A stretch of 64,000 nt of DNA, taken from assembly GCF_009914755.1 (NCBI RefSeq), contig NC_060935.1. One strand, 5' to 3'. A model generated the notes under the pieces. That model saw nothing but the letters and a program-made list of their open reading frames with translations, searched no databases and was not told the origin of the DNA. The DNA comes from the human T2T-CHM13v2.0 reference genome, Homo sapiens. The position numbers and the translations under genes were made by a program. Shown here one piece after another: positions 38,375-51,500 of this stretch; within the stretch, counting starts at the first letter, position 1; each line of letters begins with the position of its first letter.

Positions 38375-38915
38375 TTGTTTTATTATGGTAATAACACTTA
38401 ACATGAGCTCTGCCCTCAAATTCTTAAATGCACAATATGGTATTGCTGACTATATCGTACCACAGATCTCTAGAGATTATTTGTCTTCTTAAATGAAACT
38501 TTATTCCTATTGATTAGTCACTCCTTATTTCCTCCTCCCTCGGCCCCTGGCAACTACTGTTCCACTCTTGGATTCTGTGAATTGATTATTTTAGGTACTT
38601 CATATAAATGGAATCATACAGTATTTGTCTTCCTGTGACTGGCTTATTTCACTTAGCACAATGTCTTCAAGGTTCATCCATGGCATCACATATCGCAGAA
38701 TTTCCTTCTTTTATAAGGCCAAATAGTATTCCATTGTATGTATATGCCACATTTTCTCTATCCATTCATTCACCTGTGGATGGACGTTTAGGTTGTTTCC
38801 ACAGCCTGACTGTTGTGAATAATGAATGCTACAAGGATTGTTGGTGTGCAGACATCTTTTTGAGATCCTGATTTCAACTCTTTTCGATAAATAGCCAGAA
38901 ATGAAATTGCTGTTC
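38375..38915 (-). mobile_element. L1MA9-like 3' end
   Basis: acacttaacatgag...ggaatcatacagtatttgtcttcctgtgactggcttatttcacttagc. Confidence 0.85.
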
Positions 38916-40307
38916 ATCTTTTACATGGGGACCATTAACTCTTCCTCAGTATGCCATTGGGGTGAACAAGTGAGTCAATGTCTGTAAATCCCCCGCATAG
39001 TGCCCCAAAATGAGAGACATTGCCATTAGTGCCATTAACGGGCAGGAGCCCAGGGCAAGAGGGAGAACCAGCACCTCTGTGACCATCAGAAGCTATGGAT
39101 GTTTTGGGTTGGTTTGGTTTTGCTTTGTTGTTTTTTTTTTCCCAAGGCTACTGTGGTGTGGGAAATGCCATCATAGATAGGTATCAAAAATTGCCATGTT
39201 TTTCAATGTAAGAGAAAATAGCTTGCTTTACAATTGTTCTTCTAATTTCCTTGAGGCTGGATCTCACCGTGAAAAGTAAAAATGTCAATTACATATCTGC
39301 TTGTATGTCGCATCTAACATCCAGATATTTGGAAATATTTGGATATCTAGATGCCAATGTTTCAATTTTTAAAATGGATGCTTGTTGACTTAGTATTGTA
39401 CGACTGTGAAACTCCATCTGTTATTTTATACCTTTATTAGCATTTCTAAAGTGACTTCTCCACAAATTTGATGTACTTCTTTTTTATTCCTTTTTAAAAA
39501 CTAAGCAACAATGGGGTCAAATTAAAAAGAACTAATTAAGAATCAAGACAGTTCACTCTCTAACTTCTCTCAAATGAAAGCATTGCTTTGTGTGGATTTT
39601 CTAATTTTTTATACTTGAGAACTCAGAGGTGGCAGCAACAACCTTAAGCAATAACAGTGGAAGTCATTAATCCATTTATTGAACAAATATTTATATATTG
39701 TATGACTGCAATGGGTCAGTCACTGGTCGATGCACTGGAGAAATAGCAATGAACAACAAAAAAGACAAAAATCCCCGGTCCTTTAGAGCTTACATTCAAG
39801 GAGCATAGGGGACAGATAGAGAGATAAATAGATATAACAATTGATTTTGATTCAATGCCCTCAATACACAACGCATCTTCTGACAGAAAGGGAGCTTAGA
39901 GCACGAGAGAGAAACAGGATGGACTAATAATATAGACACTAGGCCTTCCCACAGGTGTCCTCCACCAGAATGGGACAGACTACATATGGTGCTTAGCAAT
40001 AGGCAACTGTTGAGGAAATTGGTCAAGATTAGGGTGAACCAATGTAGGCTAACACAGAAACACAGGCAGGGGCAGAGGCAGGGTTAGGAGGTAAGGCTGT
40101 AGGCATGAGCCTCTCAGCCTTGGTAGTGTCCAGAGCCACTCTCCAACCCCTGCAAGGCCTGGCCAGAAGAGAGCAAGGATTCTGTCTTAGATGGCCTGGG
40201 GTAGAGAAATGATCACCAAGGTCTGAAGGTGAGCACAAGGAATGAGGCAAAGGCTCAGGTTCTATAATGGACTATCAGATTGGCAGCCTGACCATGGGGG
40301 TCGGGAA

Positions 40308-41285
40308 TTCATTTATTCTGTCAATATTTATTGGGTACTGTGTTAGTCCATTTTCATGCTGCTGATAAAGACATACTCAAGACTGGGCAATTTACAAAAG
40401 GAAGAGGTCTAATGGATTCACAGTTTCACGTGGCTGGGGAGGCCTCACAATCACCTTGGAAGGTGAAAGGCATGTCTCACATGGCAGCAGATAAGAGAAG
40501 AGAACTTGTGTAGGGAAACTCCCCTTTAAAAAACCATCAAATCTCATGAGACTTATTCACTATCATGAGAATTGCACAGGAAAGACCCACCCCCATAATT
40601 CAATTACCTCCCATCAATTCCCTCCCAGAACTTGTGGGAATTGTGGGAACTACAACTCAAGATGAGATTTGGATGGGGACACAGCCAAACCATATCAGGT
40701 ACCAACTATGTGCCAGGTACTCTTCTAAGTACTGGGGATACAGCAGTGAATAAGACAGACAAAACTCCCTACCTCATGAAGTTTGCCTTTAGAGATGGAC
40801 AACAAACCATAAATAAATAAAGCAAAGTAGGAGCACTGAAAAGGTGTCAGCAAGTTTAAACAGAGTGGTCAGGGTAGGCCTTATTGAGTGGGAAGAGGAT
40901 ATTCGAGTTATGCTCTGTGAAGATGTGTGGAAGGGAGATATGTGGCTAATGGGTGGAGGGGGAATGATTACAGACAGAGGAACCAGCAAGCACAAAGGCC
41001 CCAAGTATACCCAAGGCACAGGGAGGAGGTCAGTATGGCTGGAGCAGAGTCAGCTCTGGATCAAAGTTAGAGCAGTAATTGCCGAGGCCAGAGAGGCAAT
41101 GGGAGAATGGGCATGCAAGGGAGAGGAGAGAGGAAAAGATACATAAGTCACTGAGTGAACTTTTGTTTTACTCTCCATGAGACTGGAAGCCCACTGGAGG
41201 GTTCTGAGCAGAGGAGCGTCATGGATGGACTTAGTTAGATTTAGACAAGGTCATTCTGGATGCTGTGCGGAAAGTGACTATAGTG
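40308..41285 (-). mobile_element. L2a split by THE1B
   Basis: aatatttattgggtac | caactatgtgccaggtactc...actggagggttctgagcagaggag. Confidence 0.85.
40339..40697 (-). mobile_element. THE1B-like MaLR solo LTR
   Basis: tgtgttagtccattttcatgctgctgataaagacatac...gggacacagccaaaccatatca; perfect 5-bp TSD ggtac. Confidence 0.95.
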
Positions 41286-41517
41286 AAGCCAGGACAGTTG
41301 CTAAACTCAAGACCTTAGTGAGGCAGTAATGTAAAAATGCCATTAACAGGAAGCTAAGTCAACCCAGCTACTACCCCTGGTTTCTTGCATTCCTTTGTCT
41401 AACAAGATTGATGACAGAGCTAGGGGCAGGGCAGTGGCTGCTGCAGCTGGGGACAAAGTGACCCCAGCTGTGAGAGAAACAGGCCAAGAAGACAAGAGTC
41501 ACAGAGATTGGTGGGCT

Positions 41518-41672
41518 CGGCTCTCAACCAGTTTCACATCATCACTTCAGGAAGCTTTTAAAAATATGATGGAAGACCATGCCCATAGAGATCTCTATTT
41601 AATGGTTCTTGGGTGGGATATTTTTATTAAGCCCCAGGTGAATCTAATGTGAGGCCAGGGCTCAGAACTAGT
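41518..41672. mobile_element. MER5B-like hAT MITE
   Basis: ctctcaacc...ccccaggtgaatctaatgtgaggccagggctcagaac. Confidence 0.6.
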
Positions 41673-41965
41673 AATGGGGGCCATTGCAACCTGACACCAC
41701 AAAAGAGCAGGTGGTCACCCAACCATTCATCACACATTTCTTAAATAGTTATTATGCCTAGCAGGGAGCTATATGGCCTAGCACATAGAAAGTGCTCAGC
41801 AGGTATTAACAGTTTACTGGTATTAACAGTGAAGAAGGTAGAAGGCTCTTGCCCTAGGGAGTGATATGTTTTATCTACACTTTGGAAATTTCATTTCATC
41901 TGGCAATGATAGGCAAAATAATTGTGTTTAGGAAGAGAACCTCACAAAAGGGAGAATGGTGATAG

Positions 41966-42153
41966 CAGGGTTCTCAGCCTTCAGCACGTACCAGAATCAC
42001 CCCGCGGGCTTGTTAAACCAGACATTGCTGGGCTCTGCCACCAGAATCTCTAATCCAGGCCATCTGGAGAGGTGCATTTAAATATGCATTTCTAACACGT
42101 TCCCAGGTGATGCAATGCTGCTGGTCTGAACACTGCATTTTAAAACAACACTG
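41966..42153. mobile_element. MER5A hAT-Charlie MITE
   Basis: cagggttctcagcc...tgcatttctaacacgttcccaggtgatgc...acaacactg. Confidence 0.85.
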
Positions 42154-42999
42154 AGTTAGCACTGGCTATTTCAAACGGTCAGGGGAGCGGTCACAGAAGG
42201 GGAAAAACAGAGAGATGCTGTGCAGGTGAATTCAGTAAGGACGCTGCACTGGTTGGCTGAGGAGAGGGTTGCGGGGAGGGAAAAGGAGAGGAAGAAGTGC
42301 GTGATGATGCCGAAGTCCAGATGTGAGTTGTCCAAGATAATGAGCAGCCCCCCTTTTAAGGTTTTTATTTTAGCTCCTCTGTTAAAAGCAAAAGAGCGTC
42401 TTTGTTTTCTCTACACAGGCTCTTGCCTTTTTCCCTACTAAATAGTACAATAAATTCCACTGCCTTATTTGTTTCATCAAATAAAAGAATGCCTGCCAAT
42501 ATCTGTGAGGCTAATATTATAGCTCAACTCCAGAACATCTTGTAGTGGTTATTTCTAACATATTCTGGAATCTGTACTTAGGGTACTCAGTGCCTTAACC
42601 AACCCATATTTGAAATTGAGTTGCTAGTGCACAAGCTTATCAAGGTTATTATGCCTGCAGAAAAATTTATAGCAGATGCAGTCCAGGGGTTCCATCCTTT
42701 GAAATTTCAATTATTTCAATAATCTATAAAATCAAAGTTGATGATAGAGCAATAAATGTTATCAAAAGTGTTTTTCTATTTTTGACTGACTTTGCGGGTA
42801 AATGAAACAATACAAATGGTTTAAAATATGTTCCTTGTGAAGGGATATGAGACTGAAAGACACAAGTCTACAATTTAATAAGTTGGCATAGTGTTCAGGT
42901 ATGTGCAGTATTTTCCTCATGTGCTATTGGGCCACCTAAACATAATTTACTAACTTGTGTTCTATTTTTTCCTGATGACGAAAGATTCCAGTAATGATT

Positions 43000-43750
43000 T
43001 TACTTTTTTATTCAGCTTTATTGATGCACAACTGACATACAATAAATACACATACAATATATACACATATGAAATTTGATGATTGGTGACATGTGTAAAC
43101 ACCTGTGAAACCATCACCACAAGCAAGATAAAGAACATATTCATCTCCCCTTAAGTTTCCTTGGGTCCTTTTGTAATTCCTCTCTTACTTCTCCGTCACT
43201 AGAAACCATTGAACCATTTTCTGTCACAATAGATATGTTTGTGTTTTCCAGAATTTTAAATACATGGAATATTAGAATATGTACCATTTTTCCTCTGGTT
43301 CTTTTATTTCACACACTTAGAGATTCATTCGTGTTGTTGTGTATATCACTAGTTTTCCCTTTTAATTGCTGAGTAGCAGCCTGTACCATAATTTGTTTAT
43401 CCATTCACCTATTGATGAGCATCAGGATTGTTTCCGGTTTCTGGCTATTACCACTAAAGCTACTATGAGCATTTGCACACAAGCTTCATGTGTACATATT
43501 TTCAATTATCTTGGGTAGATACCTCAACGTAGAATGGCTGGATCATATGATAAGTTTTACTTTTTAAGAAACTGCTGAACAGTTTTCTTCAAAGTGGTTT
43601 TAATTATTGTACATTTCTACCAGTATGAGTTGAAGTTCCTCCACGTCTTCACTAATACTTAAGGTAGTCAATCTTTATCATTTTAGCCATTCTAATACAT
43701 GTTAGTGGTGTCAATATGTGGTTTCAATATGTGTTTTCTAATAACCAGAG
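43000..43750 (-). mobile_element. L1MC/MD-type 3' end
   Basis: cagctttattgatgcacaactgacatacaataaa...gaatggctggatcatatg. Confidence 0.8.
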
Positions 43751-43754
43751 CTTA

Positions 43755-44020
43755 AGACTGGCAAAAATGTTATTCTGGTTTTCAAAGGTAAGGAAAGAAT
43801 GGGATATAAATATAAAAGCCAGTAAAGTCAATATCAGTTCCTGTCAAAATTCCATAAAAATTAATCAACCAAGTAGTTAATAAATATTTAGAAAAGACTG
43901 GCACTATCACTGGCTGCCAACCTGGGTTTAGTATCAATAACACATACAGAGCAAAGACTATTAATATTTTGATAAGGTATTATTGATCAGTAGATTAGAG
44001 GGATGATGTAGGATATAACC
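43755..44020 (+). mobile_element. CR1/L3 LINE ORF2 (reverse transcriptase) relic
   Basis: Degenerate match to recalled CR1 motifs DW..ANV.PIFKKG / YRPVSL.S.P.K / QHGF / FFD.V (gactggcaaaaatgttattctggttttcaaagg, tttttgataaggt). Confidence 0.65.
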
Positions 44021-44886
44021 ACAAAATACAGTCATCAAAACATCACAGTTGCTTTTCATTATGAGAAATGTTTATGTGCTCCTAGGTTTTTATAACACGA
44101 GCACCTTTGTGTCTTTCTCTGTTTGCCAGCCTTGTGTGTCTCCATACTCTTATTCTGCTTCATTTGTTGTTGGGTTAAATCCAAGTCTCTCAACAACCTC
44201 ATGTTTGATGATACTAATTTCTGTTTCACTGTGTGCTTTTCCATTTACAATGGCCCTCTTCCAATTTTCTACATATTTTTCCATTAAATCTAGTTGTCAA
44301 CTCAGTATATTTTATGAAAAATAATTTGTACATTGCTTGCCCATAAATTTTTATAACTTTCTAGCTGGATGGCTTAAACATAATAGCCTATTATATATGC
44401 TGTTTATTACCTATCTTTTGAATATTCAGTTCAGGGGCAATCTTATTATCCTAGTCAAAAGGTCTATATCTGCAAATATATTATGATTTTCTTTATCCCT
44501 TTCATACATGAGTATTAAACTTGGTTCAATTTTAGCTTTATTTTCAGTTTTACTTGTGCCTCCTAATCCTAATGCAGTCCTGAATTTAAGCAGGTCTTAA
44601 TTTACATAGAGTGTCTTATTATTAAAGTTGAATAGTCTCCCAAACCTGCTTTAGTTGTCAGCAGGAAGCATATTAGAGGGAGTTTTCCTAAATGGGGAGG
44701 GGAAAAATAATCTCCTTATGAATAAAGGTGGTCATGGGGTCTTTCCCCAGAATACTCCCAAGATGCTTCCAGAAATCAAGCACGCTGTGCCCTGCTGCAT
44801 ATTCCTAATGGTTTCTAGAGGAGAAAATAGGACTTTAGCAGGTCAAAATGAGTAAAATTTTTTCTCCTTGGTCAAAAAGGAAGATT

Positions 44887-45019
44887 AGAAAGATTGTTAA
44901 TGGGTGCAGCACACCAGCATGGCACATGTATACACATACGTAACTAACCTGCACATAGTGCACATGTACCCTAAAACTTAAAGTATAATAATAATAAAAT
45001 AAAAAAAAGAAAGATTGTT
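44887..45019 (+). mobile_element. ~110-bp 5'-truncated young L1PA (about PA3/4) with 12-bp TSD
   Basis: aatgggtgcagcacaccagcatggcacatg...taactaacctgcac...cctaaaacttaaagtataata plus A-tail; TSD agaaagattgtt at 44887-44898 and 45008-45019. Confidence 0.95.
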
Positions 45020-45448
45020 CACTTTTCTCTCTTTCCCAAATCAGGAAACTATCAAAGAAATTGTCCAGTACAATGGAAAGAGCTAGTAAAGAAACTGGAG
45101 GTCACACAAGCTGCGATTACTGAAAGAGGAATCTCTAGGAGTAGAAAATAAAGCTGTTATGCAGATATAAAACAAGACCAGATTGGAAACTATCTAAGTA
45201 GCCAGAAATATTTAAAAATTTATGTTTTTCATGTTTTTATGAGGATTATACCCCTTAGGTTATTAATATATTACAAAAAATGTTCTAAATATATTTAAGA
45301 AGTGAGTTTGCAGTACCTGAAAAAGAAGATCACATCCAACTAAGACTTCAAGTATGTCACTTGCCCATTCCTTGCCTGGAAGGCAGTAAGTTTTCTGGGT
45401 GTTGTTTGTTTACTAATGTCCTGTAACTTGAATTAGTAGAGTTTATAG

Positions 45449-45615
45449 CAGCGTTCCTCAAACACAGAGTTCTAGTATTATGATCAGCTAAGGAGCTTGC
45501 TAAATCTAGATCACTTATGCTCACTACAAACCCTCGGACACTCTGGAGGGAAAATCTAGCATTTTTATCAAGTGTCCAAGTAATTCACATCCTCACTTAA
45601 GTTTGAAAACCACTG
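45449..45615. mobile_element. MER5-like hAT MITE
   Basis: TIR-like ends cagcgttcctcaaac / gtttgaaaaccactg. Confidence 0.6.
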
Positions 45616-46269
45616 CTTTAAACCTTTGAAGAGGATGTGTTATAGGTACAGTCTGGTTCTAACAAATGGGATCATTACTGATACAAGAGTAATTATTGAA
45701 TATTTTTTATTTTGAAATCAAGTTGTAGCTTTTAAATCATGCTAATCTATTATCTTAAATCTACTTACAGATTTGAAATTTCCTAAAGACAACTGGAGAT
45801 TTTATTAGGATGAACTTCTGATATGTAATATATATATAAGGCACTCCACATTCAATTTCTTACATATGAATATGTACATCATGATCTGTCTTTACACATG
45901 AGTGCTTTGCAAGTGAATGCTTGATGGGACTATGGGACTAATTCATCTTAAACTTAAACTAATTCATCTTAAAAACTTTCTTCAATATGCCAAATTTAGT
46001 GCCTGGCATATAGCAAGCACTCAGAAAATATTTACTTAATAAGGAAATAAATGAATGAATGAATATTGCTCATCTCATCTTTTCTAGCCTTTCCTGACCT
46101 CAAAATCTTCTGTGTATCTTCTCACAGTAACTAATATTATCATCCACCCACATTTCCAAGCCATCTTCTCATTTACATATGATTGGTCACTAAATTCACT
46201 CATGTGTGTTCGGGTAGAATTTTCTCACTCCCTCGTAACTTCAAGGTTAGGTTATATGACATGTTGATA

Positions 46270-49080
46270 GAAAGAATAATTAATCAAATTAGGTAAAGAT
46301 AACCAGCATATATGTACCTAAGAATATATCCAATAAACATATAAAACATCATGCTCAGGGTGAAAATAAATCATTATAACTCAATTTTAACCCAATACTT
46401 TTAGGAATTTTTTAATCAAGTAAAAAGGAGCAAAGATTATAGGAGACTTCAATAATATGATTAATCATTACAAACTGATAGACATAGAGAAACTTACACC
46501 CAACGTAGAATCCACATTGATGTTGAGGAAACATGAAATATTCACAAAAGTCTTTGTGTGCTAAATTTCAAATAATTAACCTCATAAAGACTATGTTCAT
46601 CATGTAATTAAATTGGAATCCAACACAGAGAATTTATTTAGACTCATATGCCTGGAAACTAAATAACATACTATTAAGTGACCTTTGGGTTAAAAAGAAT
46701 ACTGTAAGGAAAATTTAAAAATACTCAGAACTGAGAGACAAGGAAATAATACATGCCAAAGCTTTTGGAACATAGCTAAATGAGTACTTAGAGCGAAATT
46801 TCTAGTTTGGAACACATTTGCCAGCCAACAAGAAAGATTGAAAACAAATGCTAAGTATTTAACCCTGGGAAAGGAGCAATAAACACACACCCAAAGGAAA
46901 AAGACAAGGAAACAGTAAAGATAAGACAGAGACACCAGTAAAAGAACAAAAGAAAAGTAGAGAAGATGAACTGTGCCTGAAACTGTGCCCGGTTATATGA
47001 AAAACGTATAACAAACAAACCATTGGTAAGACATGGGAGCAGGGAGAGGGAGAACACACAAGAACAAAGGTAAAGAAATATAAAATGAAAAGTAACAATT
47101 GTGAATAATATATACATAATAAGTTATAGTTTTCATTTATACTATGTGCAGTATATATATTACATGTATATTTCTATTATATACTGTATTTGTCTGAAAT
47201 ATATGTAGTATCTTATAAGATACAATGTATTTTTACATTTATACATAATAAATATAAATATTGCATATATAGTGTGTAATATTTAATATTTTATATAGTG
47301 CTTCATATATATTTTATACACTAATTCATTTATGTATATAATTTGTATTACATAAGCACACAAAATTATTGCATTATAAAAAAGGAAGTAATAGCTGCAA
47401 CAGAAGTTAAGAGAATAACAATTAAACAGTAACTAATTTGATAACATAGATAAAAAGGAAGATATAAAATGCCAAAATCGATTCAGGAATAAATTAAAAA
47501 CTTGAATAAAAAAATAGAAACTTAAAAAGTAAAATGATAATGAAATCCTCCATGCAACAAAATCTTCAAGCCCAGATTATTTCATAGGTGAAGTTTTATC
47601 ATGTGTTCAAAGAACATATCCTTATTTTATAAGTCATTATAAAATATTAAAAATACTGAAAAACAGAAAAAACTGTTCAACTCATTTTATGAGATAGGTA
47701 TAACCTTCATTCCCAAAGCAAGTAAGAGCAAGTCAGAGAAAAAAAATTTAAAGAACTATTTCAAGAACATTGGTACAAAATTCCAAATAAAAATATTGCT
47801 AAGCAAAACCCAAGAATGTATCATAAGTAATACAGTATGATTAAATAAAGTTTACTCCAGAAAAACAAGTTTGGCTCAACATCAGAAATATATCAGTGTA
47901 AGTCACTGTATTAATAAACTAAAGGAGAAAAAAATATGACTGTCTCAATTGATGCCTAAAAATTAGTTTGACAAAATTTAATAACTGTAATTTTTTAAAC
48001 CTCTCAAAAAAACAAGTATAAAAGAGAATTTCCTTAACTTCATAAAAATGTAGTACCAAAAACCTAAAGCAAACATCATACTTAGCAGATAAATTTTAAT
48101 ACTTTCTAGTAAGATAAAAAATAAGATGCTTACTACTACCATTTATGTTTTATGAAGCCTTTGTTAGAGCTACAAGACAACAAAAAAAGATAACACATGG
48201 AAAGATTGTAAGGGAATACTTTACCTCTCTTTATATGCAGATAAATAGTCATCTAACCAGAAAAGCCAATAGAATCAACAGGTAAGCCAACAGAAGTAAT
48301 CTAGGAGGCAATTTTTGTTGCCAGATAGAGCAGCTTACAAAAGTCAATAGCATTCTTCTACACCAGTAACAGTCAATTAGAAAATATTATACCACTGCAA
48401 GTACAACAAAACCTATACAATATTTAGGATTTTGCCTAACAATACACAGGATGTAGACAGAAAAAAACTTTAAAAATTAATTATTAAAAAATGCCATGTT
48501 CATGGAGGAATGATGTCTTCTAGTAAAAACATCAATTATTCCCAAACTAATTTCTAAATCTAACGCAATTTCAATCTAAATCACAATACAATTTTTTTGG
48601 GCAACTTGACTTTCTAAAACTTATAGGGCAGTTGCATAAAAAGCTATGTCAACTTTGAAAAGGAAGGGCAAAGCAGAAAGTCTCAGCTTGACAGATAGTA
48701 GGTTGTACTGCAAAGCCAGAGTGATAAAAAAGCAATATAATGGAAGCACCAGGAGAAATAAATAGATCAGTGAGATCCATGGAGCATGGTTAGGTGGTAA
48801 TAGTGACCACACAAATCTATGGGAAAAAGACAAATGGTTCAGTGCTAGAATAACTTGCTGATGATGTGGAAAAAAAAAAAGAAACTGTATCCCTACCTGG
48901 TACAATTTACAGAACAACACTTTATATGTGGAGGGATAAAACTATAAAACAAAAGAAGAAAGAGTAGGGGAATACTTCTGTGAGCTAATAGTACAGAAAG
49001 TCTTATTAAATAAGACTCCAAAATTAGAAGTCACAAAGCAAAATAAAAAGTTGTTGGATTTGACTACAATAAAATTAACT
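46270..49080 (+). mobile_element. Old L1M ORF2 segment
   Basis: A-rich sense L1 motifs (caactcattttatgag, tctcaattgatgc, atgccatgttcatgga, ttggatttgactacaat); contains an AT-rich tract at 47100-47370. Confidence 0.85.
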
Positions 49081-49570
49081 GTTAATAGGTTGAGCCCTAA
49101 GTAAATCAAAAGCATTTGAAAACATCACTTATAAAATGCACATCCATAATAACAAATGATAAGATGTAACCTCCATGGGGTCAAGTACCATGCATATATT
49201 GCTCTTTTTCATAGCTTGGGGGTCTTTCATAGTGCCTGGCACATAGCAGGTGCTTAAGAGATATTCAATAAATAAATGAACAAGTTTCACTGTATTTCCT
49301 ACTCTCTATGGTAAGACAAGGAAACATGCAATCTGTCTTAGAACTGTTTGTATCAAAATATCTTAAAATTTATTAGATTTAGTAAGAGATAATATCCAGT
49401 TATTTAGAAAATATAGTTATGCAGAATAACTCATTTCCTAATTATAGCTAACCAAGCAACTACTTCTTTATTATTGTCACTTAATTTTTGTGGTACTTGG
49501 ATCAGTTTTTAGTGTCAGCTTGACTCAAAAGATTTATATTCTTATTTAAAGTGAATTAAATAAAATTTGC

Positions 49571-49753
49571 AAATATAGTTTTATTTACTTATTATTTATT
49601 TATTTGTTGTTCCTAGTATTATTGTTTAAAGAGAGAGGTCTCACTGTGTTGGCAAGGCTGGTCTTGAACTCCTGGCCTCAAGAAATCCTCACACCTCAGC
49701 CTCCTGAGTAGCTGGGCTTCATGAGCCACTGAACCCAGCAAATATAGTTTTAT
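49571..49753 (-). mobile_element. FLAM (Alu left monomer) with 14-bp TSD
   Basis: ggtctcactgtgttggcaaggctggtcttgaactcctggcctcaag; TSD aaatatagttttat at 49571-49584 and 49740-49753. Confidence 0.9.
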
Positions 49754-51299
49754 AAGAGATATTGAAGTATATGTTTATCTAACGTCTAATTACGTTACAA
49801 TCTGAATTCCTAATTTCTACTAATTTGACAGGCCAGCTTAAAAGGTAGAAGTGAGGAGAGTATTTCATGACTGGCTTACACTGTGAACTCATTTCCTACT
49901 ATTTCACTCTTATTCTTGACAAGAAGAAAAACATAATATCCTTAAAATCAAATTTAAAAATCAAATACTGGACTCAGAATGAGTTCAGAGTATTTCTGAT
50001 TTATTAGTTGTGATTGTTTTCTGCTGCCATGGGGAATGGTACCAAGCCCTTGGCAAATTGTGCTTTCAGTGGTATTGTGGCAACCAGGCACCTTTCTGTG
50101 AGCCCAGAGAAAGGCAAGAGCAACAAATTAAGCCTTCAAAGGACAAAAAAGTTTCCAGCCACTAAAGTTAATTTTCGTTTATCCAAAGAGAAAGAAATGA
50201 GCTTTCATAAATACTCTCGAATTTTGCTACAGTTATATAAAGCCTCAAAATGAGACTAATTCAAACTCATTAAGTCACCCCCCAATGGTGAATCTTCTTG
50301 ACTGTTTGGTTTTCATCCTCCTCACTGTTCTGTTAACCCAGTGAGCTTGGGATCATGCCTACAGGGTGATTTTTCACAACCAATGCTCACTGATTTCAGG
50401 TTCCAAACACAGTGGCTTTGGTTATAAGCCATAAGACTTGTGCGGGATTTGTATTCCTGTGAGATAAAACACTTTTCTAGATATAATTGCTCTAAACAAG
50501 TTGCACTGACTTTGCTAATTCCAAGATGGCACTGCTTCTAATCTTCTCTTTTAGAACTCCAGAGCGGAGCTGTACCAGGCACCACTGAGCCTCTTGCCAA
50601 AATTCATTTTGTGAAAACCATGGCCTAATACCCTCCTATAGTCAAAATGGCTCACTCATTGTGGAACATACTAATAAAGACTCTTTTTGTCTCAAATGAG
50701 AGAAATACAGCTTAAACTAGTTTGAACAAGATTGAGGCTATTGTCTCATAGAATCCAGGAAAGAGTGGGATAAAGGAAGGACTCTCTAAAGTCAGATATA
50801 GCTGCTTTAGGGACTATTGGAACCAGCAACCCAAATAGTATAGAACTCATCCCTTTTCTCTGCTCCTTACCTGTTTCTTTTAGATTAAAAAAAAAAAAGT
50901 TAAGGTTTATTCTCAATCACTAAAGACAGCTTTATTTCCCATCATGAGAAACATGGGTACCAAAATCTCCAAAGTAATATTTCTAATAACTTATAACACA
51001 GAATAAGGAGTCATATTCTCAGTTCTAGTCAAAACCTGGGAAAATGGTGCTGACTCAGTTTGGGTAAGATGTTCACCCACAGAGATAAGGTTGTCCAAAA
51101 CCAAGGCAGCTCTTACAACAGCCACAGAGATGAGAGACATGCTAAAGAAAGGGGTGCTGAGCAGAAACTATCATGGTCATTCACAGAGCACTAGTAGTAA
51201 ATGTATTGGAATAAAATTAAGTTAATCTGGCCTTCTATGAACCTTATTGTCTCTCCTTCTGGAATACAATATAAAATATTTTTAGTTCAACTCAGGAAA

Positions 51300-51500
51300 A
51301 ACCCAATAGATGTAGAAAAGCTTTAGACAAAGGAACAAATTAAGGCAGAAAGCATTACTGGAGACAGAGTCTCTTCATAATGGCAAAAGGTTTTTTTCAA
51401 CAGGAATATATAAGGCTTCTAAATTTATATACACCTAACTTGACATCAAAATATATAAAGCAAAATCAACACAAGGAGAAGACAAAGTCGCATATTTAAA
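51300..51500 (+). mobile_element. Old L1 ORF2 endonuclease-region fragment
   Basis: ttcataatggcaaaagg...caacaggaatatataa...ctaaatttatatacacctaac. Confidence 0.6.
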
